From Phycisphaerales bacterium (GTDB lineage Bacteria > Planctomycetota > Phycisphaerae > Phycisphaerales > UBA1924): a DNA stretch of 64,000 bases. Positions 28,226 through 37,982 of this stretch are shown here, in pieces. Within the stretch, counting starts at the first letter, position 1; every line of letters begins with the position of its first letter. A program made the position numbers and the translations under genes. The stretch spans positions 4,181 through 68,180 of the forward strand of contig JADLFE010000014.1 in the NCBI GenBank assembly GCA_020845755.1, given 5' to 3'. Below the pieces are notes generated by a model. It was not told where the DNA came from. It saw only the letters and a program-made list of their open reading frames with translations, and did not search any database.

Positions 28226-29557
28226 ATGACCTCCGCGGGTGAACCAACATCACACTCCGGCTCCGACGAGACGACCCACGTCTCGCCTCGCCGGTATCTC
28301 ACGCGCGAGATCGCGGGGATCGGCGGCGTGATACGCCAGCGCCCGGAGGACTTTCTCGTCGAGGAGATCCCGCTCTATGACCCGTGCGGCGAGGGCGAGC
28401 ACATCTACATGCTCGTCGAGAAGCGGGAGATGTCGACGCTTCAACTCGTGCAGATCGTGGCGTCCCACTTCGGGGTGCGGCGTGACGCCGTGGGATACGC
28501 CGGGCTCAAGGACAAGCACGCGATCACGCGCCAGGTGATCTCGGTCCACGTGCCGGGCAAGAAGCCCGAGGACTTTCCTTCGTTCACACACCCCAAGATC
28601 GGCGTGGTGTGGACGGATCTGCACACCAACAAACTAAGGCGCGGGCATCTCCGCGGCAACCGGTTCTCGATCCGCGTGCGCGGCGTGCCGGCGACCGCGG
28701 CGCTCAACACCGAGCGCGTGCTTCGGTCGCTCGCGACGCACGGCGTACCGAATCGCCTCGGCGAGCAGCGATTCGGGCACTATCAGAACAATCACCTGAT
28801 CGGTCGGGCGATCATTCTCGGCGACTGGCGTGGGGCGCTCGACGAATTGCTTGGAACCACGCCCGGCGGAGAGGATGGAACGAGCGCTGCACGCGCGGCG
28901 TACGCGGCCGGGCGCTTCGAAGAGGCGCTCCAACTCACTTCGCCGTCGAATCGCGCAGAGACAATCGCGCTCACGCATCTGGCAGGCGGAAGGACGGCCG
29001 AGCAGGCCGTCCGGGCGATCGACCGGAATGCCGTCGAGTTCTTCATCAACGGATTTCAGTCGGCGGTATTCAATGCGCTTCTCGACGAGCGTCTGGAGCG
29101 TGGCGGACTGGCGACGCTATCGCCCGGCGACGTCGCGTTCAAGCATGACAACCACGCGATGTTCGCGGTTGATGAACCGACCGCCGCGGCAGCGGACACG
29201 ATCGAGCGGCTGGGGTCGCTGGCGATCAGCCCGACCGGCGCGATGTGGGGTCCGTCGATGATGCGTGCGACCGGGCGCGTCGATGAGGCCGAGATCGCGG
29301 CGCTTGAGCGTGCGGGCGTGACGCTGGAGCAACTGCAATCGAGCGTCGTGGTGCAGCGCGGGCTCGTGGAGGGAACGCGGCGAGCGTATCGCGTTCCGGT
29401 GATCGATCCGGAGGTTGAGGGTGGCGTTGATGAGCACGGCTCGTATGTGCGCTGCATGTTTGAATTACCGAGCGGAGCGTTCGCAACGGTTGTGCTACGT
29501 GAGATCATGAAGCCGCCGGGCGATGAACTGGCCCGCGAGGTCGAGGGAGCGGATTGA
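28226..29557 (+). CDS. truD: tRNA pseudouridine(13) synthase TruD
   Basis: Start moved to ATG 28226. Contains PEDFLVEEIP, GEGEHIYMLVEK, GYAGLKDKHAITRQ (catalytic Asp) and RGNRFSIRVR. Confidence 0.9.
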   Translation: MTSAGEPTSHSGSDETTHVSPRRYLTREIAGIGGVIRQRPEDFLVEEIPLYDPCGEGEHIYMLVEKREMSTLQLVQIVASHFGVRRDAVGYAGLKDKHAITRQVISVHVPGKKPEDFPSFTHPKIGVVWTDLHTNKLRRGHLRGNRFSIRVRGVPATAALNTERVLRSLATHGVPNRLGEQRFGHYQNNHLIGRAIILGDWRGALDELLGTTPGGEDGTSAARAAYAAGRFEEALQLTSPSNRAETIALTHLAGGRTAEQAVRAIDRNAVEFFINGFQSAVFNALLDERLERGGLATLSPGDVAFKHDNHAMFAVDEPTAAAADTIERLGSLAISPTGAMWGPSMMRATGRVDEAEIAALERAGVTLEQLQSSVVVQRGLVEGTRRAYRVPVIDPEVEGGVDEHGSYVRCMFELPSGAFATVVLREIMKPPGDELAREVEGAD

Positions 29558-30210
29558 TGGGTGATCGCGTCGTGTGCTTTGACTGGGGCGGGGTTTTGCT
29601 GCGCATCTGCCGCTCGTGGGCGGAAGGCTGCAAGGCCGCGGGGCTGGATGTTCGCGGCGAGGTGCAAACGCCGGATCTCGTCACGCGTCGGCGCGCGATC
29701 TCGGAGCAATACCAGATCGGACGGCTCTCGACCGAGGAATACGGCGTTTCGATGTCGCACGCGATGGGCGGCGTGTACTCGCCCGGCGAGGTGCTGCGTG
29801 TTCACGACGCATGGTTGATCGAAGAATATCCGGGCGTCGATCGCGTAGTCGCGGATCTACACGCGGCGCGTGGCGTGCGTACGGCGCTGCTCTCCAATAC
29901 CAACGCGCTCCACTGGGAGCGGCACCGCCCCTCGCGCGAGCTGCGCCACTTCCCCACCGCCGGCTCGCTGCATCACCCGCATGCCAGCCATCTCATGGGC
30001 TGCGCCAAGCCCGGAGTGGATATCTACACGCAGTTCGAATCACTCGTCGGAGCGCGGGGCGACGCCATCATCTTCTTCGACGACTTATCCGACAACATCG
30101 CGGCGGCCAGGTCGCTCGGCTGGCGCGCCGTGCTGATCGATCACGAGGGTGACACCGCGGCGCAGATCCGCCGCGCGCTGGTCGCGGAGCGTGTGCTCGC
30201 CGCGAGTTAA
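29557..30210 (+). CDS. HAD-superfamily hydrolase
   Basis: Contains VVCFDWGGVL (DxG variant of the motif I region), LLSNTN, KPGVDIY and IFFDDLSDNI. ATG 29557 overlaps the truD TGA (TGATG). The track start at 29554 is a TTG. Confidence 0.72.
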   Translation: MGDRVVCFDWGGVLLRICRSWAEGCKAAGLDVRGEVQTPDLVTRRRAISEQYQIGRLSTEEYGVSMSHAMGGVYSPGEVLRVHDAWLIEEYPGVDRVVADLHAARGVRTALLSNTNALHWERHRPSRELRHFPTAGSLHHPHASHLMGCAKPGVDIYTQFESLVGARGDAIIFFDDLSDNIAAARSLGWRAVLIDHEGDTAAQIRRALVAERVLAAS

Positions 30211-32603
30211 CTCACGTCGACGGCGACGTCGAGCTCGACCGTGGTGGGTCGAAGGCACTCGCGCTCGCTGCAGGCCTGGTAACTCAGCGTGAGGACGGGA
30301 CGACCGATCGCGCCCTCGCCGCGCTCGATGACGACATCGAACTCGATTTCGCCGCGGTGCACCAGCGCCTCGGGCCCGTCCTCAAAGGCGCGGAACAACT
30401 CGCCGGGCGGGTAGTCGGCGTAGACAGCGAGCCCACGCCCATCGACGAGCGACACTCGCAGGGGCGATAGTTCGATGGGTTCTCCGCCCGACGGGTGCGG
30501 CTCGGCGGCGGCGATGTGATAGCCGGGCCTGATCCGCAGGAGAACGCGGAACATACCGGGCGTCTCTCGCGACACGCTGACTCGCTCAACGCTCGCGAAC
30601 ACTTCGACCGGGAGCATGGGCTCGCCGGCGGGATTTTCCGTGCCGGGCGCGAAGGAGCCCGTGTTTCCTCCGGCGGACTCGGCATCGGCGTCGCGGGACA
30701 AGCCATCGCCGGCGACGAGGAGCCGCACCAGGCCCCGGAGCGCGGTCGCGCACGCGAGCGGTGAATCGGCGATCGCGCCGCTGAAAGCCGAGAGGAGCGC
30801 GATGGCATCGTCCTTGGCGCGTCGATCACATTCGGCCAGTTCGAACAGGTTGAGGAGCATGACACCGGACGCGGAAGGCATTGCGCCATCGGTGATCGAC
30901 GCGGCACGGACAAAGAGATCGGGCGCGTCTGGCGGCGTGTCGCACCACCTGCCAAGCGAGTCGCGGAACAGGTCGCGCGCCATCGTGACAAGTTCGGCCG
31001 CACGCGCGTGGTGCAACTCGGCGCGACTTGAATTTCGCGTTTCGGCGGCCTGCGCCAGATCGAGCAAGCCTCGCGTGAGATAGGCGTAGTCCTCCAGAGA
31101 GGCGCTGCCGCCGACAGTCTCCCCACGGCGTGAGCGGATGATCCGTCCTTGAGCATCACGGTGCTCGCGCCAGAGCGATTCCGCCGCACGCTCCGCGACA
31201 TCCAGAAAACTTGGTTCGTCGAGTTCGATCGACGCGACAGCCAGGGCGCTTATCACCAGGCCGTTCCAGGACGTGATCGCCTTGTCATCTCGGGACGGCT
31301 GGGGTCGCTTGTTGCGGTGATCGAGCAGCCGCTCGTTGATCCGGGTGATGGATTCCTGCAATGCGGCGACGCTGACGCCGAGATCATGGGCGAGACGCTC
31401 GGGTCGGGCGTGGAGGGCGAGCACGAACGCCGCGGGCTCGTCCGGGTGGTGGGGATCGCGGAAGTTTGCCTCGGCGTCGAGGCCATAGGCGCGTGCCGCA
31501 AGCGTGGCGTCGTCGGGATCGAGCGATTGCGCGAGGTCTTCCGGAGTCCAGACGTAACTCTTGCCTTCGCGTGCATCGATCTCGGCGTCTTGCGCGCTGG
31601 CGAATGTTCCATTGGGCAGGAGCATCTCTCGCCGGAGGTATTCGATCACACGGCGGGCGATCATCGCGAAGAACGGGTCGCTCATGCGTGACGCGGCGCG
31701 GGCGTAGACTGCCGCAAGCAACGCGTTGTCGTAGAGCATCTTCTCGAAGTGCGGAACGAGCCATCGCTCGTCAACGGAGTAGCGATGGAACCCGCCCGCG
31801 ACTTGATCGAACATTCCGCCCATCGCCATGCGCTCGAGCGTGATGCGCAGGGCCTGGTCGATGGCGTCGCCGGTCGAGTCGTCACCCGCGAGTGGGCGGA
31901 CGTCCATGAGCAGATCGAGGAACGCGGGCTGCGGGAACTTGGGTGCGCCGCCAAACCCGCCGTGGACGCGATCAAGCGACTGCAAAAGCCGCCCGGTCGC
32001 TTCGCTGATCTCGCGCTGGCCGATGTGAACGGGCTGGCCGGGGCTCTCCAGATGATCCCGGACGGCGGCCGCGATGCGTTCGGCCTGTGCCTCGACGCTC
32101 GGACGCTCGCGGCGCCAGGCATCGCTCAATCGCGTCAGGACCTCGGGCCACGACGGCAGGCCGTGCCGCGGCTGGTGCGGGAAATAGGTACCGCCCCAGA
32201 ACGGCTTGAGCGATCGCGGATCGAGGCAGACGTTGAGCGGCCAGCCACCGCGGCCGGTCGTCATCTGGACCGCGGTCATGTACACATCGTCGACGGCCGG
32301 GTGCTCTTCGCGGTCGACCTTGATGCACACGAATCGCTCATTCATAAGCGCGGCGACTTCGTCATTCTCGAAGCACTCGCGCTCCATGACATGGCACCAA
32401 TAGCACGTGGAGTAACCGATCGAGAGCAGGATCGGCACGTCGCGATGGCGGGCTTCGGCGAACGCGTCGGGCCCCCACGCCCACCAGTCCACGGGGTTGT
32501 GTGCGTGCTGCAGCAGATACGGGCTCGATTGCCTGGCCAGGCGATTGGAGCGGCGCGGCTGGCCGTGGTTGAACCCGCGATCGGACGGCGTCTCGGTGGG
32601 CAT
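30207..32603 (-). CDS. Thioredoxin-domain protein YyaL/DUF255 family with (alpha/alpha)6 domain and extra C-terminal DsbD-alpha-like domain
   Basis: 798 aa. Contains SPYLLQHAHNPVDWWAWG, SIGYSTCYWCHVMERE, GGWPLNV and GGFHRYSVDERWLVPHFEKMLYDNA. The last 135 aa end in LTLSYQACSERECLRPTTVELDV. Confidence 0.85.
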   Translation of the reverse strand: MPTETPSDRGFNHGQPRRSNRLARQSSPYLLQHAHNPVDWWAWGPDAFAEARHRDVPILLSIGYSTCYWCHVMERECFENDEVAALMNERFVCIKVDREEHPAVDDVYMTAVQMTTGRGGWPLNVCLDPRSLKPFWGGTYFPHQPRHGLPSWPEVLTRLSDAWRRERPSVEAQAERIAAAVRDHLESPGQPVHIGQREISEATGRLLQSLDRVHGGFGGAPKFPQPAFLDLLMDVRPLAGDDSTGDAIDQALRITLERMAMGGMFDQVAGGFHRYSVDERWLVPHFEKMLYDNALLAAVYARAASRMSDPFFAMIARRVIEYLRREMLLPNGTFASAQDAEIDAREGKSYVWTPEDLAQSLDPDDATLAARAYGLDAEANFRDPHHPDEPAAFVLALHARPERLAHDLGVSVAALQESITRINERLLDHRNKRPQPSRDDKAITSWNGLVISALAVASIELDEPSFLDVAERAAESLWREHRDAQGRIIRSRRGETVGGSASLEDYAYLTRGLLDLAQAAETRNSSRAELHHARAAELVTMARDLFRDSLGRWCDTPPDAPDLFVRAASITDGAMPSASGVMLLNLFELAECDRRAKDDAIALLSAFSGAIADSPLACATALRGLVRLLVAGDGLSRDADAESAGGNTGSFAPGTENPAGEPMLPVEVFASVERVSVSRETPGMFRVLLRIRPGYHIAAAEPHPSGGEPIELSPLRVSLVDGRGLAVYADYPPGELFRAFEDGPEALVHRGEIEFDVVIERGEGAIGRPVLTLSYQACSERECLRPTTVELDVAVDVS

Positions 32604-32635
32604 GAATACCTCGGCGCGATGGTACGCCGCCGGGG

Positions 32636-33619
32636 TTATCGCCTGCGAGCCATGGAGCGGACGAACATGGAAATCACGCGATCTCCGGCCATCGGCTCGC
32701 GCAATACGGGCAGCGTCGTCTCGCGATTCTTCTCGCGCCCTGCTGTACGGCCGTCGACACCCGGACGCCCCATTTTGCCGGAGGAGGAGAGTGAGCGGGC
32801 GGCGTCAACGCTGGCCCGGAGCGCGGTGTCGCAGGCGTGCTCGCCGAACCACATCGAGACGAAGGCGTCGATCGTTCTCGGCGCGTCTGGATCGCGCGGG
32901 CGCACCAGATCGTCGCGCACGATCGCGAAGGCGCGCGTGTAGGCCTGTGCGCTGGGCATGAGATGCGATGCATCGCCCGAGAGCGCCAGGGTGATCGCCG
33001 CCCGCAGTTCGGCGAGTTCGGTTTCGAGTTCATCGCGGGCCGTGAGGACGGTCTCCGCGTCGGCCTGCGACAAGACGGGGATCGCGATCGCGGCCTTGCG
33101 CTCGGCGGCGCGAGACTCCAACCGCTGCACCAGCGATACCGGTTCCGGTCGCGCGACGATCAGGCGATGGCGGGCGGCGAAGCGATCGAGGCCGGCGGCG
33201 ATCGGGATGCTGATGCCGGGATCGGGCCCGGCGCGGAGCAGGTCGATCGAGAGCGCGGTCAGATATTCATGTTCGGAATCGAAGAGCGTCGGGCGCATGA
33301 GCGTGCGCAGGTCCGCGTAATGGTCGTGGCGATCGATGATCGCACACGATTCCATCACGTCGCCGACCGGCGCGCTCCCCGCGAAACTGGCGTTCAACAC
33401 GCCCTCGCGCCAGAGTTCCTCGCACCACCGCCACGATTCCATGAAACGCCGGTAGTGCGGCGACATGGAGGCGGCGTGCACGCTTTCCTCGTCGAAGGGC
33501 GACGTGGGCGCGGGCACCAGCGTGAACACGCGCTCGGCGAGCAGCAACGCCGCCATCGTCGGCAACTCGCGCGAGGTCAGGTGGTATGGGCTGACGACAA
33601 GGTTCATACGGCGTGTCAC
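32636..33619 (-). CDS. Hypothetical protein
   Basis: 327 aa with ordinary amino-acid composition; the opposite-strand ORF 32837..33772 is R/G/H-rich. The start is GTG 33619 or ATG 33607. No family recognised. Confidence 0.5.
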   Translation of the reverse strand: MTRRMNLVVSPYHLTSRELPTMAALLLAERVFTLVPAPTSPFDEESVHAASMSPHYRRFMESWRWCEELWREGVLNASFAGSAPVGDVMESCAIIDRHDHYADLRTLMRPTLFDSEHEYLTALSIDLLRAGPDPGISIPIAAGLDRFAARHRLIVARPEPVSLVQRLESRAAERKAAIAIPVLSQADAETVLTARDELETELAELRAAITLALSGDASHLMPSAQAYTRAFAIVRDDLVRPRDPDAPRTIDAFVSMWFGEHACDTALRASVDAARSLSSSGKMGRPGVDGRTAGREKNRETTLPVLREPMAGDRVISMFVRSMARRR

Positions 33620-33639
33620 GCGGACTCGGTCGGCGTCTC

Positions 33640-34953
33640 CTATTTCCCAGCGGGAAGGCCCGCGCCCTTGGTTGAGGTAGCCCGGGACTCAGTCCACGAC
33701 TCCGCGGCGTCGGACATCCACCGTTCGATCCGCGTGAATTCGGCAGGGAGTTTCGCAAAGAGCAACTCGTGAGTCAGCGGCACGACCATGCGCTCGGGCC
33801 GACCGAGGCGTTCCCACAGGAGATCGCCCGCGTGCGAAGGAACCGCGGAATCCACGCCGCCCTGGATGAGAAGCGTCGGCTTTCCGATCAAGACGGAACA
33901 GCAGTTGTAGGGATCGAACTTCGATGCCCTGAGGTACTCGCGATCGAGGGCCGAGACCTCGGCGGCGGAGGGGGCGCGGTCGCGCCAGCGATACTTCACG
34001 GCGTTGAGCATCGGCGTGTAACTGCTCTGCACCGTGATGAGGAAGAAGTCGGCTCCACCCGCGATGATCGCGACGCCTGCGTAGGCGTTTGCCTCGCGGG
34101 CGACGACGGCCGGGAGTGTGATCGCGCCACCCGAGAAGCCGACGGCAACGCGTGGAAGATCCGAGAGCGCGGGGCGCACACGGAAAAGGTGCCTCATTGC
34201 TCCCTCGACCGCGAAACCGCACTCGCTGATGCGGTTGTCAAAGGCGCCGGCGATGAGCCGCCCGGGGCCGGCGAGATCCTGGCGCGGATCGATCTCGAAA
34301 TCGACGCGTTCGAGAAAACGTGAAGGCTGCGCGAGCATGCGGAGGATGGCCCAGCCCTGCGAGTTGGTCGCGCGGATAAATTGCTCGATCGTTCCCGGCG
34401 GCGTGCCCAGCAATCCCGGGAGGAAGACCACGACACCCTTGACTTGCATGTCGGCCGGTGCGTCGTAGTACGCGAACCATGTGCGCTCGAGTTTCAGTTC
34501 CTTGCCGTCGCGAGACTGTGCCGATGCGAATTGCAGGTACTCGGTGGGCTTCACCAACGGCTGCACGGGACGATCCGCGTCGGTCGGGCTCACGTCGATG
34601 ACGAAGGCTCCGGAGTCCTCAAACTTGACCTCGTGCGGTCCGGGCTCGGTCCGTTCGATCCATGCGATGTATGCCGCCGCGTCCTTCCAATCCGCATCAT
34701 CGGGCAGGACGTTCCAGGCGCGTCGTTTCCCCGCCCACCGCTTGATAGGGTGGTTCAAGACACGCACCACACCCAGCGGAGCCGCGGGATCGGCCGCCAG
34801 GCGCGCCGGCCACGCGCCGTCGAATCCCTGAAACTCAAGATCAGTCGGCGACCGTACGCTGGAGACCGGCACCTCCTGGGCGGCGCATGTCGCGGCCACC
34901 GCCGAGACCGCCGCGTGCACCAGGATCGCAGCCAGCCCCCCACGCACTCTCAT
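33640..34953 (-). CDS. Secreted alpha/beta-fold hydrolase
   Basis: 437 aa. Signal peptide LAAILVHAAVSAVAATCAAQ and nucleophile elbow VGFSGGA. ATG 34951-53 overlaps the galE stop (ATGA). Confidence 0.65.
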   Translation of the reverse strand: MRVRGGLAAILVHAAVSAVAATCAAQEVPVSSVRSPTDLEFQGFDGAWPARLAADPAAPLGVVRVLNHPIKRWAGKRRAWNVLPDDADWKDAAAYIAWIERTEPGPHEVKFEDSGAFVIDVSPTDADRPVQPLVKPTEYLQFASAQSRDGKELKLERTWFAYYDAPADMQVKGVVVFLPGLLGTPPGTIEQFIRATNSQGWAILRMLAQPSRFLERVDFEIDPRQDLAGPGRLIAGAFDNRISECGFAVEGAMRHLFRVRPALSDLPRVAVGFSGGAITLPAVVAREANAYAGVAIIAGGADFFLITVQSSYTPMLNAVKYRWRDRAPSAAEVSALDREYLRASKFDPYNCCSVLIGKPTLLIQGGVDSAVPSHAGDLLWERLGRPERMVVPLTHELLFAKLPAEFTRIERWMSDAAESWTESRATSTKGAGLPAGK

Positions 34954-35981
34954 GAGCGATATCCCTTGGGATGCTCGCGGAACCAGCGAAAGGCCGACGC
35001 GATGATGTCGTGAAGGTCTGTGATCGACGCGTGCCAGCCCAGGTCGCGCCGGATGCTCGATGGATCTGCGAACAGCCGAGGCGGATCGCCCGCGCGGCGC
35101 TCTTTCTCGACGACCTTGAAGTCGACCTTCGTCACCTCGCGGACGGCCTGGATGATCTCGCGGACCGAATAGCCCTTGCCGATCCCGAGGTTGTAGGCCC
35201 TGCGGTCGCCGGGCTTGAGCGCCCCGAGCACGGCCACGTGCGCGTCAACGAGATCCTCGACGTGGACATAGTCACGCACGCACGTGCCGTCGGGTGTCGG
35301 ATAGTCCGTACCGAAGATCGCGACGCTGTCGCGGCGCCCGAGCGCCGCCTGGAGCACGACGGGGATGATGTGCGTTTCTGGATCGTGGTCTTCGCCGAGC
35401 AGGCCGGCGCGATCGGAGCCGGCGACGTTGAAGTAGCGGAGCGCCGCGAAGCCGAACGGTCGCGTGCAGCGCGAGCACGATTCGGAGAGATCCCCCAGCA
35501 GGTGCTCGCCGTGGAGTTTGGTCATGCCGTAGGGGCTCATCGGGCTCTTGGGGCAATGCTCTGGGATGGGGACCATGGTGTCGGGGGGCTGCCCGTAGGT
35601 CGCGCAACTGGACGAGAAGACGAAGCGTTCGATGCCGACTGAGTCGCACGCGTCGAGCAGCGCGATCATCGCGGCGACGTTGTTGCGGTAGTAGAGCATC
35701 GGGAAGTCGACGCTTTCGCCCACGGCGGCCAGGGCCGCGAAGTGCATCACGCCATCGACTTTGTGCGTCCGCAGGACGGACTCAACCAGGGCGCGATCGC
35801 CGACATCGGTGCGGATGAAGGTGAGGCGCTCTCCGCCGGGTCGCTGGAGCAGCAGGTCCATGGGCTGGGCGTGCCCGCGGATGAGCGAGTCGATCGCGAC
35901 GACGTGATGCCCGTCGCGGAGCAGTCGCTGCACCGCGTGCGAACCGATGTATCCCGCGCCGCCCGTGACCAAGACGTTCAT
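34950..35981 (-). CDS. galE: UDP-glucose 4-epimerase
   Basis: 343 aa. Contains VLVTGGAGYIGSH, SSSCATYG, SPYGMTK (YxxxK), RYFNVAG and DGTCVRDYVHVEDL. Confidence 0.9.
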   Translation of the reverse strand: MNVLVTGGAGYIGSHAVQRLLRDGHHVVAIDSLIRGHAQPMDLLLQRPGGERLTFIRTDVGDRALVESVLRTHKVDGVMHFAALAAVGESVDFPMLYYRNNVAAMIALLDACDSVGIERFVFSSSCATYGQPPDTMVPIPEHCPKSPMSPYGMTKLHGEHLLGDLSESCSRCTRPFGFAALRYFNVAGSDRAGLLGEDHDPETHIIPVVLQAALGRRDSVAIFGTDYPTPDGTCVRDYVHVEDLVDAHVAVLGALKPGDRRAYNLGIGKGYSVREIIQAVREVTKVDFKVVEKERRAGDPPRLFADPSSIRRDLGWHASITDLHDIIASAFRWFREHPKGYRS

Positions 35982-36024
35982 ACGAAGTGATCTCCAGCCC
36001 CACCCTTATCGGTCCGATTTGGCG

Positions 36025-37080
36025 TCATCCTGAAGCCGCGGGGGAGGTCTGAATCGGCTTGAGTTTGACCAATGCGTATGCGTAAAGCCCGACACCGAGC
36101 GCGACCATGACAGCGCTGAGCCATTGCCCGCGTGAAAGGCCCAGGACGCGCTGCACCGCGAGTTGGGCGTCGGGGAGTCGCCAGAACTCGGTCACGATGC
36201 GGAGCATGCCATAGATCATGAGGAAGCACGCGCTCACGATGCCGGGACGCTTGGTCGCGCGGTACACGATCCACAGCGCCACACCGAGCACGAGTCCCTC
36301 GGCCAGGGCCTGATACACCTGCGATGGATGACGAGCGCTCAGGAGCGGTCTGAGTTGCGTCTCGACACTCGCGGCGTGGGTGTGGAGTTGGTCGAGCACA
36401 CGCTCATACGCGCGCGAGAATCCACGCTCCTCGATCGCGGCGCCCGTCAATCGGCGGATCGCCTCCTCGCGCGCCATCCGCGCTTCGAGCGGCATGAGGA
36501 TTCCCGGATCGTGCTTGGTCAGGATCTCCTGCGGATAACGAACCGCCCACCACGGCGCGGGCTCGCCCGGCATCGCGACGATCTTGCCCAGCAACTCGCC
36601 GTTGATGAAGTTTGCCACTCGCCCAAGGCCCAGCCCGATCGGAGCGGCCAGCGCCAGGAGGTCCAGGATGTGCCACACCGGAATCGTGACCGAGGGATGC
36701 ACGCGGCGGAATCGGCGAAAGAACGTCCCACCGGCAATGACCACGCCGATCATCCCGCCGTGGCTGGCCATGCCCCCGTTGGTGACGCGGAAGAGTTCCC
36801 AGAAGGGCACGTCCTTGCTGAATGTGTACAGGAGCGAGGGGTCATAGAACACGGCGTATCCCAGACGCCCGCCGATGATCACGCCGACCACGACCGACAT
36901 GATGAGGTCGTCGATGTCGGTAACCGAGAGAGTCGTGCCGCCCTTTTTCGCGAGGCGGCGCAGCAGGAACCAGCCGATCACAAACCCCGCGAGGTACGAA
37001 ACGCCGTACCAACGCACCGCCAGTTCCCCGCTGATGCGGAGGATGACAGGGTCGAGGTTGTGCAACCAGGCGTGGTCCAT
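36025..37080 (-). CDS. lgt: Prolipoprotein diacylglyceryl transferase
   Basis: Track ORF 36025..37227(-). Start moved to ATG 37078-80 (MDHAWLHNLDPV). Contains VRWYGVSYLAGF, GGMASHGG and GRVANFINGELLG. Confidence 0.9.
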   Translation of the reverse strand: MDHAWLHNLDPVILRISGELAVRWYGVSYLAGFVIGWFLLRRLAKKGGTTLSVTDIDDLIMSVVVGVIIGGRLGYAVFYDPSLLYTFSKDVPFWELFRVTNGGMASHGGMIGVVIAGGTFFRRFRRVHPSVTIPVWHILDLLALAAPIGLGLGRVANFINGELLGKIVAMPGEPAPWWAVRYPQEILTKHDPGILMPLEARMAREEAIRRLTGAAIEERGFSRAYERVLDQLHTHAASVETQLRPLLSARHPSQVYQALAEGLVLGVALWIVYRATKRPGIVSACFLMIYGMLRIVTEFWRLPDAQLAVQRVLGLSRGQWLSAVMVALGVGLYAYALVKLKPIQTSPAASG

Positions 37081-37100
37081 GTTCGCTCGCACGGTTCGCG

Positions 37101-37937
37101 CTATCGAGCCTCGATCCCAAAGAACCGCAAGGTGTTCGAGTTGAGTTGTTGATGGAACGCTTCGAACGTCACGGCGCGCGTCGCCGCGATGCTCTGGGCC
37201 GTCACCGAGACCATCCACGGCTCGCACGGACGGACGCCGCGGTGCGGATCGGGCGAGAGAAATGGAGCGTCGGTTTCAACCATGATCCGTTCGCTCGGGA
37301 CGAGTCGAATCGCCTCGCGCACATCCGCGGCGTTGCGATAGGTAGCCACGCCCGTGAACGAGATGCTCGCGCCGAAATCCAGCACTTTTCTCGCGTCGTC
37401 CGCTCCGCCCGTGAAGCAGTGGAACACGAACCGGGCAGGGTCGAAAGCCGTCTTCTTCAGTTCGGGGATCAGGTCGTCGAAGGCCTCGCGGCAATGGATC
37501 ACGATCGGCTTGTCGATCCCCTGGTTCTTGCACGCGGCCAGAAACGCGAGCTGCTCGGCCAGCACCTCGCGCTGCAGCCGCGACTCGGGTTCCTTGTAGT
37601 GGTTGTCGAGCCCAAGCTCGCCCCACGCGACGCACCTGGGATCCATCGCCACCCGCTTCAGGTTCGCCCACTCGTGCGGGCCCTGGTCGGAGTACAACGG
37701 ATGAACCCCCGCACTGCACCACACACGCTCGTGCGACCGCGCGATCTGGAGCGCGGCCAGGCAATCCCGCGTGGTCGTCGAGATCGTGATGCAGCCCGTC
37801 ACGCCGTGCGCGGCGGCCTTGGCCAGCACCTCGTTGTGCCGCCCGGCAAAGTCGGGGAACGTCAGATGGCAATGGGTGTCGATCACGATGCGCAGAGGAT
37901 ACGGGCCTCTCCGTTGCAAAGCGAAACCCTGTACCAT
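37101..37937 (-). CDS. tatD: TatD-family metal-dependent hydrolase/DNase
   Basis: Track ORF 37101..38114(-). Start moved to ATG 37935-37. Contains VIDTHCHL, WGELGLD, IVIHCREA, HCFTG and ETDAPFLSP. Confidence 0.88.
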   Translation of the reverse strand: MVQGFALQRRGPYPLRIVIDTHCHLTFPDFAGRHNEVLAKAAAHGVTGCITISTTTRDCLAALQIARSHERVWCSAGVHPLYSDQGPHEWANLKRVAMDPRCVAWGELGLDNHYKEPESRLQREVLAEQLAFLAACKNQGIDKPIVIHCREAFDDLIPELKKTAFDPARFVFHCFTGGADDARKVLDFGASISFTGVATYRNAADVREAIRLVPSERIMVETDAPFLSPDPHRGVRPCEPWMVSVTAQSIAATRAVTFEAFHQQLNSNTLRFFGIEAR

Positions 37938-37982
37938 TCCACCGGTACAAACTCCGCCCGCGAGGGCATAGGGAGGCTCCAC

